Part shown: one piece after another, positions 50,377 to 64,000 of the stretch
How positions within the stretch are numbered: position 1 is the first letter of the stretch
Layout: every line of letters begins with the position of its first letter
Source: Octopus sinensis
Lineage: Eukaryota
Assembly: GCF_006345805.1 (NCBI RefSeq)
Contig: NC_043016.1
Coordinates: 12,152,001 to 12,216,000, forward strand
Length of the DNA: 64,000 nucleotides
Direction of reading: 5' to 3'
Notes under the pieces: generated by a model
Told to the model about the DNA's origin: nothing
Seen by the model: the letters and a program-made list of their open reading frames with translations, nothing else
Database searches by the model: none
Position numbers and translations under genes: made by a program

Positions 50377-52779
50377 TACATTTACATACATATATATATA
50401 TATAAATTTACACACACACATTTTTTTTTTTTTTACTTGTTTCAGTCATTTTGACTGCGGCCATGCTGGAGCACCGCCTTTAATCGAGCAACTCGACCCC
50501 GGGACTTATTCTTTGTAAGCCCAGTACTTATTCTATCGGTCTCTTTTGCCGAACCGCTAAGTGACGGGGACATAAACACACCAGCATCGGTTGTCAAGCA
50601 ATGCTAGGGGGACAAACACAGACACACACACATATATATATGACAGGCTTCTTTCAGTTTGTCTACCAAATCCACTCACAAGGCATTGGTTGGCCTGAGG
50701 CTATAGTAGAAGACACTTGCCCAAGATACCATGCAGTGGGACTCAACCTGGAACTATGTGGTTGGTAAGCAAGCTACTTACCACACAGCCACTCCTGCGC
50801 CTATGTATATAAATTAACACACACATACATATATCCATTTTTTTTCTCTCTTCATTCATTTCTGTAGAAGAGTTTGGGCTTGAAACATCAAAGACCTCCA
50901 TTTTTCCTGAGCACTAAAGTAATATACTTTGTTCTTCCTTCACCTGTGTCTGTCTTCTGCATTTTGTTTCTTTTTTTTATCTGTTGTGAACTACAAACAC
51001 ACACACACACATGGTGCCTTGTTTTCATTTATTTTGTAGCACAAAATCCAAAGCCCTCAGTAAACTCCCATGTTAGAAATGAGTAGAATCTAGCATGTTT
51101 GTCACATGTAAGGCAAACAAGACTACACAATACCAAGCATATATATATATATATATATATATTAATAAATAAAACATATGCATATATATATATATACATA
51201 TATGTACGTACCTACCTCTACATGTATATATACACGCATATATGAGTACAGGACACCAAAAAAACGTTGAACACAATGAGAAACGAAAACATAGACACAA
51301 ACCCAAGGAACTGGACATTTTTCTTAAACAACAAAAAAAATAGAGTACAGGACAAATGACACAAGGAAAAAAAACCCTTCTTCAGTCGCCATGGTTTCAT
51401 CTACTCTACGTTTCGAAGGTGAAGGCGAGACATATCTTCAATAGAAACTTTCCTTCCTGCGAAAAGCAAATCAAATAAAATTTGAGATCTTTTTGCAGAG
51501 GGGTAACACACACACACATAATTTCTCTCACATACACAAATAAGTAGTAATGAACTGAAAGCATGAAGAATCAACACTGCATGAGAGGTTAAATAGAAGA
51601 GTGCCACCAATGTGACACTGACGGATTTCATGTTAATTGTATTCACAATTATTCACCCATTGTTTGAATGATAACAGCAACTCTACCATCTTGTTAGGAG
51701 AGAGCACACTCTTGCCTATTAGGATCACAGAGTTGCCACTATCATTCAAACAGTGAGTCAAAAAGTGTAAATGCATTAACATGAAACTATTGGTATCATA
51801 TCAACAGCACTCAACTATAAGAAAAGTATATATATGTACACACACACACATACACATTTTATGGCAATCGTTCACTTTAATACTATGCTTTTCTTTAGAT
51901 TTATATGGAAGGAAATGAGTATATTTAGAATTGTCACAACTGAATTCCATTCATTCAACAAAAATTCTTGAGGAACATTTTAAATTTAACAGAATTAATA
52001 TTATTTTGACTGACCAACTTGTTTTTTTTGTCTTTTTTCTTCTTTCTGCTTACTAGTTTTTATTGAAATAAGAAAATTCAAATAAATAATTAATGATGAA
52101 TTTCAAACTAAAATTCTATTTCAGTAATAAAATGAAATTGAAAGTATTTCTTGTGCTTCATAAACACCATATAAATGCACTGATCTGGATTCAAAGAGCT
52201 TATTTGAATATGATCATGTTGTCACAAAAGAGTCTCCATATGTATTTTTGTATGTATGCACACACACACACTTGCAGAAATACCATCATCACTAATATCA
52301 ACTTTTCCATGCATGCATGGATTGGGCGAAGGTTACTGAGGCAGATTTTCTGTGGTTGGATGCTCTTCCTGTCACCAACCAGGGTAATTATTTCCTCCAT
52401 GACGAGAGAGTGAATATTGGAAACGAATGACACTGCTTGTAATACAAGGGCAATCATTTCACAATCATCACATGATATAAAGACAAAAGAAACACAAATA
52501 TATACGCATTCACATACACATACATACACACAAACTCACACATATACAATGGGCTTCTTTTCAATTTCTATCATATCCACTCAGCAAGGCTTTGGTCAAC
52601 TTAAAGCTAGAGTAGAAGACATTTGTCCAAGGTATCATGCAGTAAGATTGAACCTGAAACCATGTGGTTGGGAAGCAATCTTCTCAACCACAAGGCCACT
52701 CATGCCTATTGTGTATGTATGTATATATAGACATGATGGAAATAAATAGACACCCCATAAAACATCGTTTAATGTTTAT

Positions 52780-53600
52780 TCTAACTTGTAATGGTTTATA
52801 TTTCTTATTAATTGATATTTTTATGTTTCAGGTTCTATATGAGACTGTTTAATCATGCCACGTATAAAAGAAACCTTGGAACTGTCTGAATTTCAAAGAT
52901 GCTATATTGTGGGTCATTCTGAAGGTGGAGAGCATAAAATTGCAGAAAACCTTGGGATTCCGCTTTCTACAATTAATAAAGTGATTGTACAATTCACCAG
53001 AGAGAGAGGAAGGAGTCCACATCACCTCACCCAGAGCCTTCTGACAGGACCCTTCTCTTTGTTAAGAGAAGTGTGGAGGATAATCCTCATTGCAAGACCT
53101 CTGACACAGTAGAACAAGTTGATGTCAGTCCCAGAACAGCTGTCAAGTATCTTCACAGAGTAGCAAGAAGAAAGCCACTTCTTTGACCAGCTAACATCAA
53201 GCAGAGAAAAGATTGGGCCAGTGCGATGGTGGAAAGACCACTAGCATTTTGGGACATTGTCATATTCTCTGATGAATCCAGATTTGCTGTATTTCCTCAT
53301 AGTGACCAAGTGGGGGGTCTGGAGAATCTGTGATCAACAATTTGATGCAAAAAAGATTGCAGCCAACAATGAAACACAGCAGCTATTCTGCGATGGTCTG
53401 GAGGGCAATTTGGAGCAATGGTTGATCAGAGCTGGTGGAATGTGAGGGAAACAAACTAGGATAAATATGTGTCCATATTGCAGAAAGACTCCTTACAGTC
53501 TTCTTCAGTAATGAAATCATTAAAGAATGTTGGTATTTCAGCACCAACAATTGGAAAATACCACATGGTGAACAGGAAATCAGTTGCATGGTTGGAAGAG
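52780..53600 (+). mobile_element. Degenerate Tc1-like transposase fragment
   Basis: [32 protein letters not shown]-like start and IFSDESRF motif, with many frameshifts. Confidence 0.8.
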
Positions 53601-53619
53601 AAGTAGGCAGGGGTGGTGT

Positions 53620-54050
53620 GACAATATACCTATGGTTATAAGTATGCACAGATACATGCACGCATGTGGATATTTGTACATGTGTATACATGATACATAT
53701 AAGATTGTATGGATATGCATGTGTGAGTGTATGCCCATGCATGTCTGTATGTGGTTGTACTTATGCATGTGCATAGTACACATGCAAGAGTGCATGCATA
53801 CCCGTGTATGCCTGCATATGCATACTGGTGTGTACATGCATATACATGTATACTGGTGTATACATCTGTATCCATGTGTGTATGAATGTACGTATAGATG
53901 AACATACATACATATGCATACACACACACAGGGTGTACTTGCATATCCACTTGCACGTGTACATATGTACATGTATGTGTGCATGCATGCATACTTGTGT
54001 GGGTGGGTGGGCATGTACAAGGGGGTGTGGATATGCAGGTGGACAGGCAT
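53620..54050. repeat. Degenerate (TG/TA/ATGC) alternating purine-pyrimidine tract
   Basis: Low-complexity sequence that generates many spurious ORFs. Confidence 0.9.
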
Positions 54051-54079
54051 GAACAAGCATAGGGAATTGGTGGCACTGT

Positions 54080-55500
54080 TCATGGAGGATGGTTGGTGAT
54101 GGTGCAGCTGGTCCTAAGGTGGTATACCCAGGTTGTTGGCAGCCAGTGGCATGAAGTTCACCAGTAGGGCATAGCTCTGGTGACGGCAATAGGACAGATC
54201 ATACTTCTTGTTGATGGATACTACAGGTTGGTAGAAGATGTGCAGTTTTTCGTGGAGGCAGAACTGGTAAATAGGGGTGTCAGGTAAATACGGTAGTGCC
54301 TTGTCAACAACAATCCACTTGATACTGGGTGCTTCATCTCAGAGGTCACAGTCTCCAGAGAAAGCAAGACAGGTAAGTAGAATTCTCTCTATCCCTGGAT
54401 CTGAATGAGTGCCTGTGCTGGGAGTATCTCCCCTTGAAGTCATTGGCTGTCATACCTATATAGTACTTTATCAAATGGTGTAAGAGTGGCTCTGTATACT
54501 ATGGCCCTTAAGAGGCAGGATCCTTCTAGAAGGCAGGTGGTGGAGTTTCGGCAGTTGCAGGTTGAGATTGGGGCTGTGTGGGTGCATATTTTCGTCTGTT
54601 GATGTATACGATATCTAAGCAGGAGTAGCTCACCATGATATTACGGGGGTTGAAGAGCTTGTAATATTTATGGCCTCTGAGGAAATGTTTCTTAATTAAC
54701 AACAGGAAACCTCTAGCTTTGTTAGTAGAAACTTCTAGGTTGAATGGGGGTGGGGTTTAAACTAGATAATTTTCCTTTTCATATTCCTCTTGGGATGAGG
54801 GAGGGGGTTTGGAGATCATCCACATATGTCAGCTTCTCAGTAAACCTGTGCCTAGCTGAAGCATCATTGTAGTAGAGGTGGCCCTATTAAAGATCTCCCT
54901 GTTGGTCAAGAGTTTTGATACCCCATTTTCTAATGCCTAAAACCAAGTTTCTAGAACAGGTGGTGGTGGGTGACCTCTTGTGGATGCATACCGACGAACG
55001 GCAACATGAAACTCAGAGTAACAAGTTTTGTTGAATTTTCTGCTGCTTTAAATAAAGCATATTACTCTACCACTGGTATTTGAGTACTCTTTTTTCCACC
55101 TTGTTTCACATTGATGTGTTTACTCCGGTATATATATATATATATATATACCTCATTGATGGCTGCTCCTTGTAATGATGGAAGGCTTATGTAGTTCAAT
55201 GGCCAAGAGCAATGCTATCAAGAGTCTAGAGATTTTGAAATGGTAACTATTGGCTGCAAGATTAAAGAAGAAGACTCAAACTTAATATGATTAACCCCAC
55301 TTCAAACCTGAAATTCCTGGCAACAGAAGAATGAGTGTAGGCATCAACAATGGTTCATCTCAATAATGTTTGAACTGGTTAAGAAGGGTAACATCAAACA
55401 GACTATCTAACAAGAACCTTCTTGAGACCAACCATTCGAGATAATCCAGCAACAGTCCACTCTCCACTCCACAGCAATTCCCCCACCTCATGCTTCCAAT
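54080..55500 (-). mobile_element. Highly degenerate CR1/L2-like LINE RT remnant
   Basis: Minus-strand fragments ..PFDKV, QG..LIGPPLL and LTYVDDL, in shifted frames. Confidence 0.55.
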
Positions 55501-57057
55501 CTCATTCTACATGAGCCACAGAAGATGGTCCTGAAAGCATAGAGTGCAGGTCACTCTCTTATCAAGTTGAGATCCACCATAAACAAATCCGCACCATCAC
55601 TATTTATTCCTGCTAGGATTGCCTTTGGCACATTGTGTGTGTGTTGTGTTCTTGAGCAAGACACCTCACTTCACTCAGCTGTAGAAATGAACTGCCAAGC
55701 TGTATCGGCCCCTTTGCCTTTCCCTTGGATAACACTGGTGGCATGGAGAGGGAGGCTGGTATGCATGGGCAACTGCTGGTCTTCCATAAACAACCTTGCC
55801 TGGACTTGTGCCTCAGAGGGGAACTTTCTATGTGCAATGCCATGGCCATTCATGACCAAAGGGGTCTTTACTTAATACATATAAATATAAACCCTTCTAA
55901 TACCAACAGAACCTACGGTAAATAGATTTTTCCTTATGTCAATATATTACATGCATAGGATGACAAACTGGCAGGACTGTTACTGTGCTGGGCAAAATGC
56001 CTTGAGGCATTTTGTCCATCCTCATGCTCCGAGTTTAAATTCTGCCAAGGTCAACTTTGTCTTTCATCCTTTTCAGGAACCAATAAAATAAGTATAAGTT
56101 GAGCGGGAGTGTGTGTGTGTGTGTGGGGGGGTGTAATCGACTTAACCTCCTCCCCTAAAATTGCTGGCCTTGTCTCAAAATTGGAAACCAATGTATGACA
56201 TCCATGCACACACATTTACCTACACGCACTCACACATACATGCATGCATGCACACAAACACATTACAGTCGTTAATGTGCAAAGGCTTAAGTGGTACAAA
56301 AAGTTGCTTTTGTTGGGGTTTTTCCCCCCTTCCTCCTCTCTCTGCCATTGTGCATCTCATATATTTTCATTTGACCTCCAAACTGAAGCACATAGGTACA
56401 ACTTACTATCAAAAAGAAAAAAAAGAAACATTACTTTTTTTAACATCCTGTCTAGGTTGACTTAACCTAACAGAAGAATGCAAGCATTTTTACTTGACCA
56501 GAATAGAAGGGAAGGTAAATGGTGTCTATCTGTCCACCTGAATAATTCACAATCACCCATCCTTTGCTTTACACATACACACATCAGTGTCTGTCTGGAC
56601 ACTGCTATACATTTTCAAAATACAAATTTACTTGTGAGTGGGATTTTTTTCCTCAATCATAAGAACCATTGTTTTTTTTTAACTATACCAATTCTAATGT
56701 GTTCCCAAAGACATATAGAGTAAAATGTTTTTACCCAAGGCCAGATGAAAACCCTTCACCCCAATGTATTTTTATCCTGCTCAGACAAGAAAAAAAAACA
56801 CATGTACAACCAAACACACAACTATTATTCATAACATTCATCACAAAATAATGCTCAAAGTTTTCAAGAATATTTTCAATATAAGTTTAGAAAAAGAAAC
56901 TGCAATTAAATCTTATAAAAAAAAAACAATGATTGTCAAATACTTACAAAAAAAAAAAAAAAATTTCCCTCAAGAAAAGATAGTATACTTTTTGCTAATC
57001 AAAACCACATGTGCATGAATGTGTGAAGATAAATTTAAGAGGAAGTTGATGATTATT

Positions 57058-57101
57058 ATGTATACATACATACACACATGTATATACATACATATATATA
57101 T

Positions 57102-57171
<70 letters not shown>
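57058..57171. repeat. (TA)n microsatellite, within the probable CRAMP1 3' UTR
   Basis: About 110 nt of near-pure TA, about 470 nt beyond the CRAMP1 stop. Confidence 0.95.
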
Positions 57172-57173
<2 letters not shown>

Positions 57174-57634
57174 CATGAAGTTAAATATATATACGGTGAT
57201 CAATGTTTTTGCATCCATAAAGTGCTTACCTTTACAGTAGATTCGTTAAGACTCTAATCGCCGCAGTTATATATGCCCATGGCCATTAGAGTCTAATGCA
57301 TTGTCTATAAAACGCTTTATAGGTGCAAAACCATTGGTCACTCTATGACTGGACATATATTCAACTTCATGTAACTACATTACTGCTCTAATTTTTAGAG
57401 TGTGCTTCTCTTTCTGGTATATTATGAACTGAGAATATATATATATGTATGTATATGTGTGTGTATATATATATATATACATATATATACACACACACAC
57501 ACACAAACAAGGTGTGGGGATGTGTATGCATTTGTGTCAATGATAACAAGTTGTGTTTGCACACACGTGTCATGAGCTGCCTTATATTTTTAAATTTAAA
57601 AAAAAAAAAATTTTTTTGTTGTTTTTTGATAGTT

Positions 57635-57844
57635 TCAAAGTTTCCATGGTAACGTCCTGATTTGTTGTAGACCGGTGTTCTCTTCCTCAGTGGAAGAGCT
57701 CTTAGCAGACACCGTAGCTGCGGCAGCTTGAGTCGTTCCAGCAGCAGATGCATCGGACGCAGCAACCTTTTCAGCAAGTTCAGCAAATTTGCTCACGTAG
57801 TCCATACTGTTTTCATTCATAATCATCTGTAATGTGGTATCCAA
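57635..57844 (-). CDS. CRAMP1: CRAMP1/cramped last coding exon (LDTTLQMIMNENSMDYVSKFAELAEKVAASDASAAG...LPWKL*)
   Basis: ttttacag| acceptor; 210 nt to TGA, phase 0. MNENSMDYVSKFAELA matches the CRAMP1 C-terminal MMNENSIDYISRFNDLA motif (from recall). Confidence 0.88.
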   Translation of the reverse strand: MDTTLQMIMNENSMDYVSKFAELAEKVAASDASAAGTTQAAAATVSAKSSSTEEENTGLQQIRTLPWKL

Positions 57845-59659
57845 CTGTAAAATATCAAACATAACATACAAAAATAAATAAATGAGAGAGAATACAAAAT
57901 GGAAATCCAATCAGGTGGGAAGTCTACAATTTTTAGCTCATAATCCTACATCCCTTTAGCTGAGTCAGAGTGGGGGTGCCTTGTCTTGTGAGTTACGTGA
58001 TGATCTACACAAATAACAGAAGTCAATAAACCCCATTCATGAACATACAATCATCAACATAATTATATAACCACTAACTGAAAACTTAAACTTATAAAAC
58101 ATTAGCCCATAACTCACTGACATTCAACAATACTCTAGCCAAAATTACTGAATCTGAAATAGGATCCTCCACGCTTTGTGAAATGGCTGGCATTCAGAAA
58201 AGCACCCAGTACACTCTGTAAAGTGGTTGGCCTAAGGAAAAGAACCCACGGCATGGTCCTCTGGCTCATCCATTCCTGCTGAACCACTCAACGCATGGAA
58301 AACAGATGTTAAATGATGATGAGGGGGAAAATTTTAAGAACTCTACATCCACAACTAATGAATAGTTTGGGGGATAAAACGACTACTACTGTTTTAACTT
58401 ATATCACTATAATTTTCACAATTAAGAAATATATCCACTTCCTGGTTGATGAAACACTTCACCACTAATATACAAAGCTGCTGAAATACTTATTAATTTC
58501 ACATTTAGAGCAGTGAATTTCCCCTATATAACCCTTTTGTTAACATATTTCTCCTGAAATATGCTAGCAAAATACATCACTATTAAGCTGGTTTTTGGAA
58601 TGTAAATAAACACAAAATTTTGATGGCAATTCTAAGCCGACTACAGTCTGGGCCCTCATTTCATTTGGTCCATCATTACTAAAGCAAAAACTTTTTGTTT
58701 TCCTCACCAATTTTGGGTTGACAAACTAATAAAAATCACTATCAAAAATGTTTCAGCAAAAGTCTATTTTTCTGTAATGGTATCAATTGAATTAATTTTT
58801 ATGGCTATGTGGTTAAGAAGTTCCACTTCCCAAATATGTAGTTAGAGGTTCAGTTCCACTGTGTGGTATCAAAGCTTTGTGAGTGAATTACATGGAAACT
58901 AAAAAAAAAGCTGCTGTGCATGTGTGTGTGTCTGGGCCCCCTTCTCATAACACTGCGTGATGACTGCAAAAGAAGGCCACAGTCATTGAAGTAGTGTTGT
59001 TCATTCCCAATTTTCTTTGGAAACAGTTGACCACGAGGAAATATTACCTTCATTGGAAGCAGATGCAAAAGGCTCTTGATTATAAAAAATTTTCTCCAAC
59101 AAGTGCTGTTTGGCTCATGGAAGCATGGAAAAATGGACATTAAAAGCAGCAGCACTGGCAGCAATCACAATAAAGTTAATCATCATCATCATCATCATCA
59201 TCGTTTAACGTCCGTTCTCCATGCTAGCATGGGTTGGACAGTTCGACTGGGGTTTGGGAAGCCAGAAGGCTGCACCAGGCTCCAGTCTGATCTGGCAGTG
59301 TTTCTACAGCTGGATGCCCTTCCTAAAGCCAACCACTCCGTGAGTGTAGTGGGTGCTTTTTACGTGCCACCTGCACAGGTGCCAGGCGAGGCTGGCAACG
59401 GCCACGGTCGGATTGGTGTATTTTATGTGCCACCGGCACGGAAGCCAGTCGAGGCGGTGCTGGCATCGGCCACGAGTCGGTCAGATATTCAGTTTCAATA
59501 CTCAAGTTGCTCAATCTCCCACTGACTCGGATAAGCTCATCCTTCAATCAATGTTGAGCAGAGGCAAGAAGTGAAACGACCAAGATCACAAAATATTAGA
59601 TTACCAGCTTAAAAATCAGTTTGAAATTCAACACAAGTATTTTGTGGCTGTCTTGCTGT

Positions 59660-60510
59660 CAGAAATAAGTGGTACACCTGAAAACATTATTTGTTAAATG
59701 CGCAGACTCCCTCAAATGCTTGGGTTGGAGGGTGGAGGGATCATTAGAAGTTGTAGTTAGCTTTTGTTATCTAGGAGACCAAGTTAGCAGTGGTGGAGGA
59801 AGTTCTGAAAGTGTATTTGCTAGAATAAGAACAGGCTGGGCAAAATTCAGAGAGTTTCTATCTTTGTTGGTAACTAAGAGCTTCTTCGTCAGAGTGAAAG
59901 GCAGGTTGTATGATGCCTGTGTATGTGAAGCTATGTTACACGGCAGTGAAACATGGGCTTCAACTACAGAGGACTTGTGAAGGATTGAAAGAAATGAACC
60001 TAACATGCTCTGCTGGATGGGTAATATCAGTGCACACACACACACAACTGATAATTTAAGAGGAAAACTGGGTATAAAAGACATCAGATGTGGTGGGCAA
60101 GAGAGAAGACTGTGCTGGTTTGGTCTTGTGATGTGTGTGGATGAGGACAGCTACATAAAGAAGTACTGAGTTCTAATTTTGGAGGGTACCTGTGGAAAGG
60201 GTAGAACTAGGAAAACAAGGACAAAGTTGTGAAAAAGGATCTAGGCCTTGCTGAGAAAATGACAATGGATTGGGAGATGTGGTGATCCGCTGTATTTGAT
60301 AAGACATGTCAAGCTAAGTAAAATCACTGTCTTCCACGCATACAGGGTTGTCCTTTGAGGTGCCAGTGCCACATAAAAAGCACACTTTGTTAAGTGGTTG
60401 GCATCAGGAAGAGCATCCAGTCATAGAAACCATGTCACAACAGACAATTGGTGTTTGAACAGCTCCATTTCAAACCATCCAACCCTTGCCAGCATGGAAA
60501 GCAGACGTTA
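59660..60510 (+). mobile_element. RTE LINE 3' fragment with tail
   Basis: SFCYLGDQVSSGGGSSES...GRLYDACV...LHGSETWA, then UTR ending GCAGACGTTAAA. Confidence 0.88.
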
Positions 60511-61144
60511 AAACTAGTAGATTCTCCTCTTATTTACCAAACACCTTTAATTAGAAGCTAATGGTTGTTGTTGCTTAGCCCCAGGTCAATCCTGATCAAA
60601 CAAAAGGCCCCCTGTTCAAACATGTTCCAGTTCAGCTACATTATGCAATATGTTGTTCAAAATTTTAAATCTAGCTGGGTATGATTTGAGGAAGATTTGG
60701 CTGTTATTCCTCATGTGTCAAACAACTGCTTAGAGGCTCTCTTCAATAAGCCAATTTGCAATTCTCCAAGGCATGAGAAGTCCAACCAAATTTTCCAATT
60801 TCATTGTCAAGCAGAATCACATGCTTAATACATACTAGTGTGGCCCATTCATTAAATGAAAAAAAAAAAATCCCTATTGTCATTAATAAAGGGATTAATT
60901 CCTTGAAACTTTTTTCCTATTTCTCTTCACAAAAATAAAAATTAATTAGAAAAAAAAAAAAAAAAGATTCAAAGCAACATTCTTCTTAATGTCTATTTGC
61001 AAGAACGAAGTAGCATATCTCCAATGTAAATATATTTTAATTGGATCTATGCATCTTTCTACTGCTTTCTTCTGCAATTCTGTCTCTTGTGTTTTCATAA
61101 TAGGAGAGGAAAAAAAAAAGAGAGAAATAGATAAAGATACTTAC

Positions 61145-61318
61145 ATCCATTCTAGATGTTGAAGAATCTCGAGACCAATCATTGAACAAACTATTAAGCG
61201 TTAGGTTGCTGTTGCTGTTACTGGTGGTGCTTACAATATTATTTGGCAAAGTTTCAGAAGTAGAAACCTTCTTAATCGGTGAGTCATTCAGAAGGCTGCC
61301 AAGAGAGAGATCACTCAT
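61145..61318 (-). CDS. CRAMP1: CRAMP1 penultimate coding exon (MSDLSLGSLLNDSPIKK...LNSLFNDWSRDSSTSRMD)
   Basis: ctttacag| acceptor and |gtaagt donor; 174 nt, phase 0-0. SRDS motif precedes the conserved C-terminus. Upstream exons were not found in the window. Confidence 0.85.
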
Positions 61319-64000
61319 CTGTAAAGAGATAAAATGAAAACCACATTAAGGAAGGTTTTATTACAAATGTGAGACAAATTTTCTAGCATAATAAAAGTCT
61401 AGTCCGGCTTTTACATTTCATGTCCTGATACATTTCCTGCTGTGGCTGTGTAGTCCTATCCTGGACAAACACTCCCTCTGGCAGGTAGATAAAAGTATTT
61501 AAGACAGAATTGGTAAAACTGAAGAGAGTAACAGATTTATTAATGCAGGGTTTGTTTATGTTAAATGTAACCGACCAAGCTTCTTCTCAATTTTGTGAAA
61601 GAAAAAAATTCAATTAAATTGCAGGTGGACATGGCATTTGATTGATAATTTAATTAGTACAATATTTCTTATAATATTCCATGTTAGAACCTTGAAAGAA
61701 ATATCAGACAATACTTCAAATTGCATTTTACAAAATGGCAACATGATTTGCATAAAACTATTACACATTTTTGAAAAAAAAAAAAAGAAAAAAAGTTATG
61801 CTTTCTTTCAATATATTAAATAAAACAATGAAAATAACTTTAATCCTTTGCCTGTCCAAAGCATTTTTAATAAGTTTTTCCTTAAATGTCTATAGTTGTT
61901 TTCAGGCTTTTAGTTAGCCCTTGTTTCATATGTTCTATTAAAAGCCTTCTTTCCTAAGTCCCAAGTAACTCTGGCGGTTGAAAAAAAATTAGGAATGTGT
62001 ATCATGATGCAGAGATTCAACAGGACAGACAATGGGTTAAATCATTCATTATTAAATTTTTTTGAAATTCCCCCTTTTTTTTATTAGTTTCAACACCAGG
62101 TTAGCAGCAGAAAGAAAAATATGAGAAAATGGCAAAAAAAAAAAAAAAGAAAAGAAATTAATAAATAAATTAAAATAGTTACACACACTTTTTAATACCA
62201 TGGGACAAATTAAAATTCTATAGAAATCAAATTATCATCACTTCAGAGTTGATTAAATAATATGGGTCATAATGACCTATATTAAAAAAATTAGTTGGTT
62301 ATAAGCCATTTTCCTCCTTTTATTTGTTGGGTCTTAAGAAAGAGTGCCAACGGCCTTTGCAGGCCCTTTTAGACGTGTGAGACTGATGTCATTAACCTTC
62401 TTCTGAAACCCTTGTAAGCCAACACCAGTGGGAAAGACATGAAGAGAAGGAGATTTCTACAGCACCAATATTTTAGGAAGGAAAGACTGAGCACAGTGAT
62501 GGGTAGTTAATTCACACTCTTTTGCAAGAGTAATTTCACCTATTAATTAGTTTGAAACTACTCGCTGATGAAATCTCTAAATTCTAACGGGGGAAAAAAA
62601 AACAAAAAAACCCATGCCAGTTTAATGCTGAAGACCAAAGTAGTGATTTTTGCTCTGTCTTTTAAAGCTATGCAGAAACGGGACTGGTAATCAACTCAGG
62701 AAAAAAGTTACAATTAATTTATGGGATCCAGACAAAAACCCCTAAGACCCTGCCCCTGACAAAACCCCTGTGACTTTTTTTCCCTGGATTCGTAGAAACA
62801 CATCTAATGTATAAATAGCCTTTTTTTGAAAGACAGCAGGGTGTGGTTTGAGGCAGATTTTGCTGCCATTTCTAGTACATTCACTGACTATGTAGGGGGC
62901 TTACAAAGCTAAATATTTTCAAGCATAGGTGCAAGCATGACTATGGTAAGAAGCTTGCTTCTCAACCACATGGTCCTGAGTTCAGCCTCAGGCTGACCAA
63001 AGCTTTGTGAGTGAATTTGGTTGATTGAAACTGAAAGAAGCTTGACGTATGTGTGTGTGTGCGTGTTTGCCCCACACCACTGCTTGATAACCAGTATTGG
63101 TGTGTTTACATCTCCTGTAACTTAGCGACTTGGCAAAAAAGACCAATAAAATAAGTATTAAGCTTTAAAAAAAATTTGGGGGTAATGCTGGATGGGCTCC
63201 TGTGCAGATGGCACATAAAAAACACCGTTTAAGCGTAGTTGTTGCCAGTACTGTCTGACCGGTCCTCATGCTGGTGGCACGTAAAAGCACCCACTACACT
63301 CTCAGAGTGGTTGGCGTTAGGAAGGGCATCCAGCTGTAAAAACATTGCCAGATCAGATTGAAGCTTGGTGCAGCCTTCTGGCTCACAAGTCCTCAGTCAA
63401 ACCGTCCAACCCATGCCAGCATGGAAAGTGGACGTTAAACGACAATAATGATTATATATATATATATACATACACACACACTGGTGTGTTTACATTCCTG
63501 TAATTTAGTGATTTGGCAAAAGAGACCGGTAGAATAAGTACTAGGCTTAGTCCTGGGGGTCGATTTGTTTGATTAAAGGTGGTGCTCCAGCATGGCCATA
63601 GTCCAATGACAGAAAAAAAAGTGAAAGAATAAATATATAATGTATATAAGTTTAGCACAAATAACACCAGTTAAAACAAAACCGAGGTCGAGTGAAGATG
63701 GTAACTGATAATATGATAGCCACATTATCTGTTGATATTTTGGTGCTATCATTAATAGAAGAGTAATTTCCTGCATGTGATGAAACAATATGAAAAGCCT
63801 CGATGGGACTGGCTAGTCCACATTACTCCGTAAGGAGCATAGGGTCAGTTTCCCCAGTTTCTCTGGTGTATACATATTCCTCCCTGGATGGAATGCGTGT
63901 CTGTGCAGGATCACTAATTTTTATCAGGTGAGTGGGCTGGAGCAACACAGAATGAAGTGTCTTGCTCAGGAACACAATGCCTTGCCCTGTCCAGGAATTG

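Noticed and set aside
53580-54189. Overlapping Cys/His/Met-rich ORFs of 100-167 aa
   Set aside because: Artefacts of a degenerate TG/TA/ATGC microsatellite.
62340-62460. Possible further CRAMP1 exon (minus-strand ctgtag acceptor, KSPSLHVF...)
   Set aside because: No convincing donor before a stop codon and no recognisable similarity; it may be a retroelement relic.

Overview
This is AT-rich, repeat-dense eukaryotic genomic DNA, not prokaryotic. The repeat families and intron architecture suggest a coleoid cephalopod such as Octopus (inference). Three spliced genes can be reconstructed by hand from GT-AG boundaries and reading-frame phase. (1) ZCCHC7/Air1-2-like zinc-knuckle gene: minus strand, 7 coding exons from 16597 down to 872, continuing off the left edge. 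(2) A complete copper chaperone for SOD1 (CCS): plus strand, 7 exons, 17980-40943, 251 aa, head-to-head with ZCCHC7. (3) The last two coding exons of CRAMP1/cramped: minus strand, 61318-57635, convergent with CCS. The rest is RTE-LINE remnants and their (GAT)n-tailed 3' ends, several tRNA-headed SINE families, Tc1, mariner and piggyBac-like remnants, MITEs, minisatellites and microsatellites. Nearly all ORFs in the supplied track are repeat artefacts. Most notable observations: a perfect 108-bp fold-back in CCS intron 1; a 253-bp, 99%-identical inverted pair bracketing CCS exons 5-6; a CCS whose SOD-like domain has lost its zinc and electrostatic loops; an 89-bp minisatellite amplified from a dispersed repeat; and a 98-nt symmetric hairpin. 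No complete novel multi-gene system is evident. Repeat boundaries are approximate unless a TIR or arm was counted exactly.
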